Shown: piece after piece, positions 12,102 through 25,545 of the stretch
Position numbering within the stretch: the first letter of the stretch is position 1
Layout: every line of letters starts with the position of its first letter
Assembly: GCA_002633005.1 (NCBI GenBank)
Contig: NMRA01000322.1
Location: 434,001 to 498,000, forward strand
From: Phoronis australis
Lineage: Eukaryota > Animalia > Phoronida
Length of the DNA stretch: 64,000 bases
Reading direction: 5' to 3'
Position numbers and translations under genes: made by a program
Notes under the pieces: model-generated
What the model saw: only the letters and a program-made list of their open reading frames with translations
What the model was told of the DNA's origin: nothing
The model's database searches: none

Positions 12102-12972
12102 CTGAAAACGGTACACAAAAAACAATTTGATTGTCAAGTTAAATACGCCACATATTAACAGCTACAGCCTAAGTACAGTAAGTTTTAGAATTGTGTACAT
12201 AAAAATTGTACATGACTGACAAGGTGCGTGTAAACTAATTATTAAAAGAAACGAAGGGTCAGCTATGGGTTACTAATACATGGGCAAAGGCAAATTAGGA
12301 CCAGATGGCATCTATTATTAAGCAATACAAGAACATCCTCCAATACACTGATAAATAGTGATTAAGCAATACCACAAGAAAGTCTTGCAATAGCTAAATC
12401 AGCATTTCCTTTGCAAGTAACCGTAACAGGGGAGAGTTTTGTTCTTCATGGTTCAGTACTGCTAGAGATATGAAGTGCTTATCCTACCACAGACGTATAA
12501 AAAAGGTACTTTCCCGTGGATGAAATGTATCCTCGCAAATGCATAAAGTGTTTGTTCACAACAAGACACATGGATGTGAAAGCTGCCAGAATTGTCCTTA
12601 TTTTCTCTCAGTGTTTGGAGATTCCTTTTTATACCAGCTTCTATGTCAGCTTTAAAACTCCGATAAAATATGAAATTTATGAGTTTAAAAATTTCTTTTG
12701 TACATTTTTAAACTCCAATGTAATTTGGTCAATGTCCACACCGATTATTTCAGTATTATTAATGGGAAATTACCTCAGATTGCATTGCTATTGTACGAGT
12801 ATCTCAATGATGCTACCTGTCCTGGAAATATAACTCAAATAAAAACAGTATTTTTAGGACAAAAACGTACTCATTTTAATAATCTTTAACGGAATTTTGC
12901 GGTGTTTTTACTAAAAAGTGGTCTTTGCCCGACACCCTCGAGCACGAATCAACAACAGCGTACTGGACTCAC

Positions 12973-13106
12973 CTTTGTTGCTGGTGCTAACTCTCCGATG
13001 ACTTCCAACATGAGGTCATGAAGTTTAGGATGATAGGCGTATACAGAACCATCTATGGCCACAGTGGCTTTAGGTTTATTGATGTGGCGAAGAAGCACCG
13101 ACGTGA
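12973..13106 (-). CDS. HK: Hexokinase exon 10
   Basis: TSVLLRHINKPKATVAIDGSVYAYHPKLHDLMLEVIGELAPATK (DGSVY..HP motif); ttttag| acceptor and |gtgagt donor. Confidence 0.95.
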
Positions 13107-13804
13107 CTAAAATGGAAGTGATAGAAAAATGACATAATCAATGGCACAGTCTTATAAGTACATAACATTTACAAAAGTCACAAACGCCAACTCTTAGATT
13201 CAAGGTACACAAGATTTTGAGATCTAATTAAAAATAGTTACATTAGTGCTGTGGTTGGCAAGTCTTATGTACACGCTTGTGTTAATCATTATGCAGGCCT
13301 ACTTAATGAAAAATTCAGGACATGATGCAGTGTTCGGATCTGAGGACGTTCTTACGACACTGCTGCTGTTTTATTGCGACAGATGCAGAAGTTAACAGTG
13401 CATGTGCGTCACCAGGGCATATAAAATTCTCAAATTTCTTCGAAACTGGCACAAGGAATTTGCATAGATAAAACATGCCTCAATAATTGTGCGTTCCTAT
13501 GTTTGCTGGTTCTCACATTTAGCTTAAAAGTTCATCCCTTTTCCAGTCCTTGAGGACCTTGGGCACATAATGAAGGTAAAATTTAAACACTGCACATACG
13601 TGTGGATACTGAGGGCTTACTATTACCAGATATTAAAAACTACTTTCTAACCCAGTTCCCTAAAACAAAACAATGTTCGTTAACCCTTGACAACCCTCAA
13701 AAGTTTGGAGCATATTTTAAAATCTCCTTACCAAGTGTGCTAAAAAGCAAGCAAGACCTACACTTCAGCAGAGTTAATGACAACTACATGGAGAGACCAC
13801 CTAA

Positions 13805-14373
13805 GGGCTGTTCCAATGAAATCTGTATGGGAGGCGGGGGAAGGCACCTTTTTTTCGAAACCACCACCCATATTTTTCTTTTATTTCTTCAGCCTGTCAC
13901 CCGTAATTTTTTAAAAGTTTGAAATGCAACCACCCGTAATTTTTTTGTTCTTGTGATTGACTGCACAGGCGCTTGAGTTTATCTGTTCCTCAATCACCAC
14001 TAACGTCATTCATTACTAAGAAAACATATGTTTCTTATATATGGTTATTAGCCATGGAGAAATTTGAGCACCTGTGGTTAAATGGTGTTATGGGCATGCC
14101 GATGAGGAGATCGGAGGGAGAGAAAAAGTCGGAGCTTTTCGCAAGTTGCATTTTTGTTTCAGTTTTTGATTCTGTGCGTATGGTTTATAAAATTTACTAA
14201 AATTACCCACCAACAAACATTTATGGCCCAATGAAACAACAACGACCTGTAAATTTTAATTTCTTTGAAGTACGACCACCAGCCATTTTGAATTTAAATC
14301 AAACGCGACTACCCATAAATTTTTATTTCAGTTGCCTTCCCCCCCTCCCACACAGATTTTGCTGGAACAGCCC
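13805..14373. mobile_element. PIF/Harbinger- or Zator-type MITE, TAA TSD
   Basis: taa|GGGCTGTTCCA...TGGAACAGCCC|taa; ~50-bp TIR with a G-run; internal ccaccc subrepeats. Sister copy at 46732-47549. Confidence 0.85.
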
Positions 14374-15134
14374 TAACAAAAACCATGTCTCGATTTTCCA
14401 TTTACAAGAGAGTCACAGTTTTAACTTGAATCTCGCTTTTATCTCTCAAGTGTTACGCCAGTGTGCATGACGGGGTGCAAAACAATGATTGCTTGAAATC
14501 AACAAAATGCACATTAGTACCCCCTTAAAGTGGCTATTTGTCACAAAAACAGATTTTTTCTTACAGATCACTTATCATTACCAAATTGGTATCAAAATAA
14601 TCCTTACACAAAATAGGTGTCATTCGTGGCCTTAGAAAGTACAGTTCATTATAGCTAGAGAACAAGTTCTACAAGTTGTCTTGTCACTGCGTGTCATTTT
14701 ATCCGTCAAGCATGGTCTTGAGGAATAACGAACTATAACTTCTTTGCTAGACCAAGAAACCTTTTGAGCTGATAAAAAGAATAATTTAATACACATTTTA
14801 TAGCAGTAAATGGTTTATATCAAAATTTAATTTCTTTGACAGAATACAGGTTTATTCTTGATTTAAAATGTCACAAAAAGTTTCAATGGTGTGGCACCAT
14901 CATGTGTTGACCTATTACAGTTAGTATGAGAAGCTTTCTGTGCATGAAGTTATGAGAAGCCATTGCTGCATCAAACTACCGACGCGCGGAAATGAAATCT
15001 CTTAGAAAATTAGGCTGGTCGAATGTGGTGTAGTTGGTACACAAGAGACTCAGTACACAAGAGTTAAAACACTAGTTAACAACAAAGGCACGTATACAGT
15101 AAAAAGACAGTCCAATCTTAACCAAAAGATAAGA

Positions 15135-15273
15135 GGAGGCAGTGTGGCCTGGTTGATAAGTGCCCGCTTTCTTTACTCGAGGTCGTGGGTTCAAGTCCCA
15201 CCAGGTCACACTGCTAAACCCTTGAGCCAGGTTTCTAGCTCCTCAGCTCGGTTTTAACCATATATCAATAAAG
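15135..15273 (+). mobile_element. tRNA-derived SINE 5' region (cut by the N gap)
   Basis: A-box TGGCCTGGTTG (~15145) and B-box GGTTCAAGTCC (15188-15198), followed by a CORE-like cccttgagccagg. No acceptor stem or terminator as expected for a true tRNA. Confidence 0.7.
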
Positions 15274-15745
15274 NNNNNNNNNNNNNNNNNNNNNNNNNNN
15301 NNNNNNNNNNNNNNNNNNNNNNNNNNNNNNNNNNNNNNNNNNNNNNNNNNNNNNNNNNNNNNNNNNNNNNNNNNNNNNNNNNNNNNNNNNNNNNNNNNNN
15401 NNNNNNNNNNNNNNNNNNNNNNNNNNNNNNNNNNNNNNNNNNNNNNNNNNNNNNNNNNNNNNNNNNNNNNNNNNNNNNNNNNNNNNNNNNNNNNNNNNNN
15501 NNNNNNNNNNNNNNNNNNNNNNNNNNNNNNNNNNNNNNNNNNNNNNNNNNNNNNNNNNNNNNNNNNNNNNNNNNNNNNNNNNNNNNNNNNNNNNNNNNNN
15601 NNNNNNNNNNNNNNNNNNNNNNNNNNNNNNNNNNNNNNNNNNNNNNNNNNNNNNNNNNNNNNNNNNNNNNNNNNNNNNNNNNNNNNNNNNNNNNNNNNNN
15701 NNNNNNNNNNNNNNNNNNNNNNNNNNNNNNNNNNNNNNNNNNNNN
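15274..15745. other. Assembly gap (472 N) hiding the 3' end of hexokinase exon 9
   Basis: Run of N. Confidence 1.
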
Positions 15746-15877
15746 AGTTGAGCGGCTCTAATGGATAACACAGAACAGATGTAGCGCACTATGTTGATGT
15801 CATCATCTGTGGACAGACCATCCAGCTCAAGAGTCTTTAAAACGGCCAGAGTATTCTCCACTGACGACCCCTGATCT
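15746..15877 (-). CDS. HK: Hexokinase exon 9 (3' end in gap)
   Basis: tttcag|(R)DQGSSVENTLAVLKTLELDGLSTDDDINIVRYICSVLSIRAAQL matches the D..IV..IC..VS.RAA motif; phase agrees with exon 8. Confidence 0.92.
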
Positions 15878-16180
15878 CTGAAATACAATGCAGTTCACAA
15901 AAAGATCAGGTCAGAGCATTTTGTTAAACATGACATTACCTTTACACTCCTCATTCAAGGGCAAATGGAATGGCGTGTTCAACAAAACGTCTTAAACTTT
16001 AATTCTTTAAACAAAAGTCAAGCCATGTTTTAAAAGAAGGCAGTTAAATTCCAAAGTTAAGAACACTTAAATTTTCAGGCCACGCAGTAGAGCACTCAGT
16101 TTCATTACGTGAGAGTGTAAGTCCACTCAAATTCACAATAGGCCAATGGCATAAACTTCCTGCAGCTGACAACATCTTAC

Positions 16181-16336
16181 CTCTCAACATCTGAGATATT
16201 AGACATGGAAAATGACCCTTCTTGGAACAGATTCTCGGACCCTTTCCCTTGGAATGCAAGGCCGTCTTTAACAAGTTTAGCTAGCACCAACCTCACCAAC
16301 TCCCCCATGTAGAAGCCCGAGAAATGCTTCTCAAAT
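16181..16336 (-). CDS. HK: Hexokinase exon 8
   Basis: FEKHFSGFYMGELVRLVLAKLVKDGLAFQGKGSENLFQEGSFSMSNISDVE (FEK..SG.Y.GE.VR motif); GT-AG, phase 2-2. Confidence 0.95.
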
Positions 16337-17290
16337 CTGACAACAAAAATTTCATAAACTGTTAAAGGTACATCATTTCTTCAAAAATCCCCTGGTATGA
16401 ACAAGATTTTTTTCACAGCTTTAGCGACTGGCTGGAATCTGGTGGGGAGTCATAAAAGAAAGGATTGCGGCTAAGTTCCCACTTATGGTAATTCTGCACC
16501 TACTTAGTTCACAATATGTCCGACAAAAGGAATTCTATTTTGTTAAATTTCTCCACAAAAGTAAGGATTAATAAGATTAGTTTTTTACAAGCATGGTTTA
16601 CAGTGTGTACATGTCCCGTTATCTGCAAAATGGGGTAATCAGCCTTTGTCAATTATTTCTGTGCCAAATAAGTAGAGAATTACCCAAGTTAAAAAACTAA
16701 TTTCGTTGCTTGTGCAGTTATTTTCAAAATGTTGCAGGACATCGCCTTTTTTCTTAAAACACTGAGATTTCAGAATGAGTCGAGCGCAGATCAACGCCAA
16801 TACTAAATGCTACTGTGGCCTCAAAATACTTCACTGCGCAAGCAGGAACTGAAAGAAGTGTACAGTACTAACACCGCATGTTACTACAGTTTTTAGGTAC
16901 AAATCCTGGTTTTTTTGCCGTTTTGAATGAGCACAATATACTTTTGTTATTCCAACTTGAACATCTGCAATGCCTGATAAACAACTGAATCATCATTTCA
17001 TGATCAAAATCTTGCGTGAGTAACAACATAGGCAGTGTTTATGACGTTCATCATTTCATCGAGGATCAGTCTTGATTTTTACAAGGAGCTCAAAGTGAAC
17101 AGTGCGATTTTTCTGGCGAAAGTGAAGACAAAGCACTTGACCACAGCAAGCCAGGTACGTGTGAAGTTGCTCAATGTTCTCTTGATCCAGCCACACCAGG
17201 GTCTGCAGGATTAGTGAGGTGTGGGGTTCAGACTGCTCTGGCTGTGCGAGAAGTTGAGCATGTAAGCTTGAGTGAAAATCTGAATAAAGG

Positions 17291-17650
17291 GTATGCCTCC
17301 TTTTGTTACTATCGACCCTTTTAGTTTCCATGCCGTGAGAAAAGTATTTGGAGAAATTTGGAATAATGTGAATATTTGGATACGTGGTATGCCTCTTTTT
17401 GTTTTTATCCAACCTTTTAATTTTCATGAGCTCAGAAAATGTTTGGAGATATTAAGAATAATGCAGTTATCTGACAATTAATGGTACCCTTCTGTTTACT
17501 TCTCTGTTGGCGCTTTCAGTTTCCATGCGAGAGAAAACATCTGGAGAAATTTTGAATAATGCGAAAATCAGAGGATAAATGGTATGCTTCTGTTTGTTTC
17601 TGTCGGTGCTTTTAATTTTAATGAGCTGGGAAAAACATTGGGAAAAATAA
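17291..17650. repeat. Degenerate tandem repeat, ~96-bp unit, ~3.5 copies
   Basis: Units begin (g)gtatgcctc/ggtacccttc/ggtatgcttc at ~17291, 17387, 17483 and 17581; each contains ttt.catg...aaaa...ttggaga.att..gaataatg. Confidence 0.75.
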
Positions 17651-18146
17651 CCAACTACAATACTGACAACAATGTAAACAGTGAAGGATCTCCTGGTCAC
17701 ACATTGCTGACACACTGCTTGTGACTCACCAAACGCACTGGATGACCTTTCCAGTTTAACAGAGCATGTGAGAGTGAATTGCAAGTAAGGCATGAATGGC
17801 GACATGTAGAAGGGCAACTGAGCTTTTGGATTTTAGTTATTAGTAAACCACATAATGAAATGCTTTATACGTTATTATCATTGATACCGGGATTAGCACT
17901 TTAAGAAGCTATCTCAACACTGGTTCCAGATCCTTTTTGCCACTTTTCAATAATTCAGTTTTCTTTAAATAGCAAATATTGTTTACAGCATCGCAGGCCG
18001 TTTCAGCCACATAATGAGTATTTTTCATAATCATGAGAAGAGGGTCATGTATTATGGTTGGCTCAGGGTTGTACTAATGTGTATCTGTAGAAGACGTGGC
18101 AAGTTTTCTCATTCATCATTACGACCATCACTGGTGAAAGCCTTAC

Positions 18147-18259
18147 GTGAAAGATCCTACGTGATTGGAATTTCTGTCCACCTCTAAATCGTACTCGGTC
18201 TTGATGAACTGTAGACATCCGTTGTCACCAAACGCACCCCACTCAACGTCAATTATCAC
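18147..18259 (-). CDS. HK: Hexokinase exon 7
   Basis: VIIDVEWGAFGDNGCLQFIKTEYDLEVDRNSNHVGSFT (EWGAFG motif); caag| acceptor and |gtaagg donor. Confidence 0.96.
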
Positions 18260-19469
18260 CTTGAATGAAAACGTATGTCTAGTAACAACAGTAATTCAAA
18301 TGCGATAGTGCTAGCTTGAAACAGACACTCGACTGCAGTGTACCAGAGAGCGTTGTATAGACCAAAGTTTTTGCGAGAACGGCGAGATCTTGCAAGAACT
18401 CACAGAGTATATCGCGAGTATACACATGAGCTTACTACCAAGATGGCGGCCACTGAAGTGATTGGTCGGTGAGGTTGGAGAGTTGAACTGTGGGATTAAA
18501 TTCATATTCCATAAGCAGAAATTTTGGCTTGGGTGAAACCTCAAGTCTTGTAGTTCATGGATTGTAACCCATGTCAATCTTCCAATAATTACAAACACTT
18601 TCCAGCAAGTTGGATCATGCGCCATCCTCCAGCAGTCCTCCAGATGTCCAGCTGTGGCCCATTTGACAAAGAATTCTAGAATGCACTGCAGTAAGAAATC
18701 CTCCACAGATTAAGTGAAAGTCACCTAAAAATAACTTTCAAATGTCAATCACTCAGGTTATGCTACACCTCGTTCCTGGAAAAAGTTTGCTTTCTTTTCT
18801 GGAGGTAAGTGCCATTTACACAGCTGTATGAAATTATCCCAATTTATTTTTTGAAATTAGCCTGTTTACAATATCTAGTGCCTAGACCCAATCCCCCCTC
18901 AAGAACAGAGGTCTGAAAAACAACTTTCAAAAGCTTAATTTGAACCATGTTATGTACAGACAAAAGTTTCAATTAAATGACATCTGCACATATCAGTAGT
19001 TGTGATGGTTAAGTTCATGGTCCATAAGTAAATAGATCAATTAATTACCAAAGCGCCTACTATTTGCTAGAATGGGTACAAATCTGGATGCATGAGCTGC
19101 CGTCAATGATAAGACAGTAGATTACAAAAAAATTGACAAATTTCATTGAAATATGTTTAACATTGCTGACGGAAAATAACAGCCACTAACTGGTTAGACA
19201 AATACGGCATTTTTGCTTTCAAACTTTGTCAACTATCATTGAGTAGAGGTTTCATTGAGTTATTTTTAGAACTACAAATGTCTACAATATATTAATTTTC
19301 TTTTGAAAAAGAGTGAAATGTCACAAAATATAATTTAAAAATCATACTACAGTGGAACATCATTACCATAGGACACAACATGGTGGACAAGTGAAATTTG
19401 GGAATAAAGCAGAAAATATGTCAAACCCGTCTGGAAGTAGGAAAGTATCACCCTCTCACTGATAGCAAC

Positions 19470-19995
19470 CCACTTGTTAAACTTCATGAAAATTCGTCAA
19501 GAACTCCAAAGATACAGCAGCAATAATAAAAAAATGCCACTGGGAGGCACAGTGATGATTGGATCCAACCGAAACAAGTCGTCATCTGTTGTCATGTCCA
19601 TAGGAATATGCTTGCCACATTTCACCATGATACTGTAAGTTGCTTAAGAGATGCAGCTGTGGATGTAAAAAATGCCACTAGGGTGCGCCGCACTAATTGA
19701 ACTCATTCAAAAATCAGCACGAGTAATTTTCTTCTCAGCAGGAACACATCTGCCAATTTCATAATTATATATCCTATGAGTGGTTTGGCAGATAAAGAGG
19801 TGGACGCCAAAACACAGAGAGCAGTAAATAATAAAAATGGCCTATAGATTGAGCTGTATATGTCACATCCAACTGAAAATGGGAAGGCATAATCATCTCT
19901 TTAATAGAAATCTCTTCGCCAACTTTCATGAAAATCCATCTGGGATTCTTAACTTTTCAGAGACAAAGGGAAAATGCTAAAATTGGCACTTAGGA
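19470..19995 (-). repeat. Degenerate ~140-bp unit array of the Helentron-like family (CTCF-like motif in units)
   Basis: ttcatgaaaat..., gatacagc... and tgccact.gg.ggc units as in 22920-23930 and 37349-38136. Confidence 0.55.
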
Positions 19996-20156
19996 GCAAA
20001 GTCTGCAAGTTGTAGTCACCTTCAAAGAAGCATACAAGTATGTATATGAGGGGACAGAATAGGTTGGTCATTGGTTTCTAGGGGGCTACTTGGGCAATTA
20101 TTTTTGTTCTAAATTGGTGAGATTTTACCAATGATATGGACATGACAATAGCCAAC

Positions 20157-20336
20157 CTGCTTGGGATCATCGACTGGCTCCGCCCACTTGTCAATCCGTT
20201 CTAGGTGTTCCATATAGCAGGCATTGGACCCAGTGCCCAGGATGAGTCCTATCTCACAGTGATGGTCCAGGTAAGCTCCGGCCATCATGGTGCCTGTAGT
20301 GTCATTCAAGATGGCTACCACGTTGACCGACACGTC
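20157..20336 (-). CDS. HK: Hexokinase exon 6
   Basis: [51 protein letters not shown] has the catalytic NDTTGT and the GTGSNACY motifs. Confidence 0.97.
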
Positions 20337-21832
20337 CTGTGAGTATTAGATTGCTGAGTGTTAAAGCGTGAAAATCAGGTAACATGATCACAGAACACAT
20401 ACCCACACTCACATATGTTATACAGATATACAGGCCTCAACATAACCGAGTATATGCTCGAAAGGATGAGTAGAAAAAGTGAAATATGAATAGGACATTG
20501 ACCTCACTCGTATTATATCATCAAACCGGTATGGAGCGGGCATTCGTCTGTTTTTGTCTGTCATTTTTACAAGTCCAAATCTGGATATATGAGCATGCAT
20601 CTTCGCCTGAGTCGAGTGCTGCATATATATATAATGTATATAGTGACTCTTCACCAGTTTAGCACATAATATGGAGAGCAATGCATGTGGAATTTTCTTT
20701 TGTCAAATTTCTCAGCTACAAGATTTATGTATTTTTAAAACCTTACTAGAAACTTTCTTAATATTGTCACAAAAGAGCACATTATTTGGAGCAAATCAGT
20801 ATTTGAAAAATGTAAAAACAGCAGTATCAGCAATTATTCTATAATAAATTTGGTATGCACAGGCTTTGTAACTGTTCCACCACGAGTCTTGACAAAAACC
20901 TACTCATTGTATTGAACACAAGTACAGGGAAATGTATACAAAAGGGGACAACCAACACCATGAACTGTAATGTGGAATTATTCCCTCTTTAGACTGTAAA
21001 TGCTGTTCCCAACATACTGGACTGCAAAGCAGGCTCTTCGTTGCTGTGGTAACCTTTTTAGATTTTCAAAAGTGTCCAACTAGTTATGGTACATTTTTGA
21101 TAGAAAAACATTGTTTACTTTAGGCCATTTATTTTTTAAAAACATTGTTGGTATGTAGTGTGTGCAGTTTGTCACACAGATGCAATTCCAAAATATGTAG
21201 TTGTCATGGCAACGATGAAGTCAAAGCTTGGCAACTCCCTTAAGTCTTCATGATTGGTTACTAAAATGATTTGAGCATTGTTGCCTAAATTCTAACAAGG
21301 TACTAAAATTGGAGAAAACGCCTGGTTACCAAGATAATGATATCCACTTCAACTTAGCAAGACCCTTAAGTTTTAATGAGTCAATCAAAGTACTATTAGA
21401 AAGGTTGCCTGCTGCAGAAAATTCCAAGCCCTTTAACATAAATTTTCCCTCAAACAAAAATTTGCTTATTTAGGTTGGCAAAATACATGGTTACCATGAC
21501 AACGGTGCATAATTCAGTTTAGCAAGCTCTAAAAGTTTCAAGTGAGGGCCACTTTAAGCACTTTAAGTACTTTAAGTACAGTTGTCTGCTTCTAACATGA
21601 CTGCTATCAAATCTAAAATTAATGATTTTCGCCATCAACACAAATTGGCAAAAGTAAATCTGGTGAATTTTCACGAAAGGCTTCCCTGATGAACATAAAA
21701 ATAATCTCAACATTCAGGAATAAGATGGCACAAAGCAATGCAACAATAGTCAATGACAAGAAACAAACATGTATCAACCAGACGTTGAATTCCTTTTCAA
21801 GAAGTACAAGCACCTGAGTTCAGTTTGCTCAC

Positions 21833-21972
21833 CCCTATTTCTGCAATGGCCTCTTCTAGACACCGTGCTGCATCCTGCCCTACCCCATCGGGGCACTTGA
21901 AACTCTTCGTCCAGGTGACTAGGAAACCACTGTTTATGCTCTTTTGCTCCATGGGAAAGGAGAAAGTAAATC
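21833..21972 (-). CDS. HK: Hexokinase exon 5
   Basis: (G)FTFSFPMEQKSINSGFLVTWTKSFKCPDGVGQDAARCLEEAIAEIG is the hexokinase signature region; tttag| acceptor and |gtgagc donor. Confidence 0.96.
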
Positions 21973-22742
21973 CTAAAGGGCCAGACAGGAATGAAAATCC
22001 TCATCAGATACCCAGCTCATAACCGACAATACAAATAAAATTAATACAAAAATAGTTTCGGCAAAATCTTAACAATGTCATCTAGTCTCGTTTGAGATAT
22101 AAAAATATCGAAGAAAACTCATGGAAAATTAAAGGTGCAGCAAACCAGTCCTCTATTGAAAAGTTTTTGATAACGGACACTTGATGCTTTAACACCAGTC
22201 TCAACTTTTTCATAACGAGAAGCAGTCTAAATCGAAAGTATTTTTTGCAGAAAATGGATTTACAGCACCTTCAACTGCAAATCATTAGAAAACAATGCTA
22301 AGAATGTGATATACAGTCGAACAAGACAAGTATTTTTTGGGGAAAAATACAGCAGAATTGCACAACTTAACTTCAAAGTCCATCTGTCATCCACAAAAAG
22401 TGACTAATTCTGGAACAATGCATGTCTTAACATTAAAGCTCCATGCAGCATAATTTTAGAAATTCACAAATTTAAGTCATGTAACCACAGAGTTTTTCCT
22501 TTGCATGTATTTCAAAAATTGTAAATTTTGAGATTTTTTTCTGGAAATTTCCTCAGAGGGGAAGTGAATTACTTAGTAATAGACGTTGCGAGATGGTACA
22601 TTAATCAGGAATTGTTTAAAAGATATTTCTGACAAGCTTTTGCGTTCCATGCCTCTTTAAACAGAAAGTTACCTAACAAACGGGTTAATTCAATCCCTAA
22701 CACAAAATCACAAATGTAGTGAACAAAGTCATAGTGGCATAC

Positions 22743-22821
22743 CAAGAGGTAAGTGTTGGTGTTCACTTAAGTGTTCATCTTTTACAAATCTGGAAATACT
22801 CTCTGCCAAGTAACGATACAC
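22743..22821 (-). CDS. HK: Hexokinase exon 4 (79 nt; absent from the ORF track)
   Basis: ttttag|VYRYLAESISRFVKDEHLSEHQHLPL(G)|gtatgc bridges exon 3 (phase 0) and exon 5 (phase 1) exactly. Confidence 0.93.
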
Positions 22822-22919
22822 CTAAAACAAAGGGAAGTGATTTAGTATACCAAGGATGAAATCGTCACAGGTAGCAGTAACAGGACAACTGATATTCACT
22901 AAATGGTGCTCATACAAAC

Positions 22920-23930
22920 AACCAAGAGCAACACTTAGCCTTGAAATGTGCCCATGGCTGCACCACAAACAGAAAGGATCCAGGCGTGTTTATAAGTATC
23001 ATAAAAAGCCATGAGATGGCACCGAATATATCAAAGAGCAATTAAGCTAAAGATATAAAAGTAAACACTAAAACTGCTACTAGCGGGCAAAGTGGTAGTC
23101 AGGGTTGTCTTAAAGTCAGCAATGGTATGAACACATCCGTTAAGTTTAAAAAGCGAACACCAAAAATGGACTCCAAAAATAGAGAAAAACAGCCGCTAGG
23201 TGGTGCAAAAATGCAACGGATCCACTCGAAAATGAACAGAATCGTCGTCTCTTCAATGGAAACCATTTCCCAAATTTCATGGAAAACCATCTAGGAACAC
23301 CGAAGATACAGAGGCAAACAAAAATTAACTACAAGTGACACTAGGGGATACAGTGTAAGTTAGTCTGAAATTTGGCATCATCTGTTGCCAGCTCCACAGT
23401 AAAACATGCATCAAATCTCACAAAGTTCCTACAAAGGGTCAAGGCGATACAGCCATAAATTAAAAAAAATCACAACTAGGGATGCTAAAGTAATAAAACC
23501 CTCCCGAAAATCAACGTCAGCCACAATCTTCTCATCAGAAACACATCTGACAATTTTCACAATCATCCCTTCAACAGTTTGGTTGATAGGGAGGCGGATG
23601 CAAAGAACGGATTCAAAAATTTTTAAAATGCCAACTAGTTGTAGTAGAATATCTCAAATCCCTCTCAAAATTGGATAAGTTTTCTCCCTCCTTAGTATAA
23701 CCCTATTTGCCAAATGTCATGAAAATCCATTCCGTAACTCTGAAGATACAGAGCCAAACATAAGAAATTAAACTTTCCACTCGGGGGCAATCAAAATTCA
23801 CTGCCATCTGTTGTCAGCTTCATAGGAACACATCTGACAAATCTCATTAAGACCCATTGAGGGTACACAGCTACAGACGCCAGAGCAGCAATATGCACCC
23901 ACCTATAATAAATATAAGGGCGCACAAAAA
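22920..23930 (-). mobile_element. Helentron-associated (HINE/DINE-1-like) non-autonomous element with an internal ~140-bp tandem array
   Basis: On the minus strand it starts tttttgtgcgccc...gggtgcatattgc (subterminal inverted repeat) and ends gttgctcttggtt; about six units lie between. Confidence 0.65.
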
Positions 23931-25545
23931 GGCACCTTTGTCAGAAGTGAGTGAGCAAAAGTAGTTCATCAGTATGGGAGTATCCCATGTGACAACCTTA
24001 AGGCATGCAAGTATTCCATGTAGACCTTTGTATCACATACACTGCCCATGTACATTTTAACTTTCTTACTCAAATTTTCCAAAGCTTTGGCACTTAAAAG
24101 ATTAAAGCCGCGACAATAGTCAAATATAACATGCCCATATTTTGAGAACCAGTTTGACGACCGTTATTCAGTGGAGAAAACTGGTGTTCACTATTTGAAA
24201 TCGTTTCTTAAGGTAGGACCCTGTAAAAACAGCCAATCGGATTTATATGTGACTTTCAGATACAGTGTTTCATGCAGGATTGTCAAAATGACTCTAAGGA
24301 ATTGTCTTAAAAATTTTCCACTTTTGCATAAGGAGCTATAGAAAGACAGTGCTTCTACGATTTTCATGAAAAATCTTTTAAGTTGCAGAAAACGGAAACG
24401 AAATGATATTTTAGAAAACTGTAACACGAGTTTTTGCTAGCACATCTTAAACATTTACATCAGATAAAATTTGATCGTGGGATTGATACTGTTGTTTTGC
24501 AATCAATGTATCTTGAAATTTCTTTTTTGCAAAATTTTACTAAAAAACATACTTTAGCCAGGTGACCCAATTAATAACCGTAAAGTCAAAATTCAAATTC
24601 TACTGCCCTAGTTAAAATATATAGTTTTCTAGATATTTTGTTATATACAAAAAATTGTTGATGAAGTCCTTCGCAACCGTAACCAGATCAAAAGTGACTT
24701 CTGAGCTTAGGAAGAACTTACGGTTGGGTGTGACCAGGGTCAATTAGTTGGCTTGACCCGACAGTCACTTTATGAGCCAGGCATGGCCTCAAGCAATTCT
24801 TGCTTATAGTAAAGAACTAATTGATGACAGTTTTATTATGAAAAATGGCCTGAATAAAAAAAATTAATCTTTTTGGCAAAAGATGAGTTCATAGCAGAGT
24901 AAAAATGTGTTGGAGGCAATCTCCTTGGTTACGCGTGTCAGCAAAGAACTTGCTAACCGAGCAAGAATTTGTAAATCGTGCGCACATTGTTGCAAGTTAA
25001 AACTGAAATTGAAGTGATCCATTGTTTATATTAATCAGACAGTTAAAGCCCCCTGCAGATCTATCCGCATTATTCAAATGAAAACATCTGTCAGTGAACA
25101 GTTTCGAGCTTTGTACTGAGTAAACTGTCATAGCAATAATCATTTTCTGATACGGCGGCAAAACATAATGAAATACACCAGGTCCGGGATAGAGTAGTGG
25201 ACGGACAGTGTTCTGTATTGTTTTGAGCATTTAAGGCAGTGGGATATTTTCCAAAGACATATTTACTTTCCATGAAGCAATAGAACTTGGTATAAATAAC
25301 TCAGTAAAAAGTCCATATCTTGATGAACTGCAGAGCAGTAAATACAGGAACTAAGATGTAGGCCTTTTCCCACACTTTCATTTGTTGCATGGATAGTAAA
25401 GACAGTAATTAATGCTGAAAATGTGTCTCCAAGGTAACAACGTACCTGTACCACCGAAAGGTACTAAGGGATGCCATGCACGGTTGTTTTTCTCTTTGAT
25501 CTAATTTTTGACAGTTAATTTGAGGTCAAAGAGGATTTGACATAC

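Noticed and set aside
15135-15215. tRNA gene
   Set aside because: A and B boxes are present but there is no convincing cloverleaf or acceptor stem; it continues into a SINE-like body.
15265-15888. 207-aa ORF in the track
   Set aside because: Mostly N gap; only 15746-15877 is a real exon.
22129-22660. TTAA-flanked short elements (ttaaaggtgc...gcaccttcaa; ttaaagctcc...ctctttaa), possibly Kolobok-type
   Set aside because: TIR matches are too short and degenerate to support a call.
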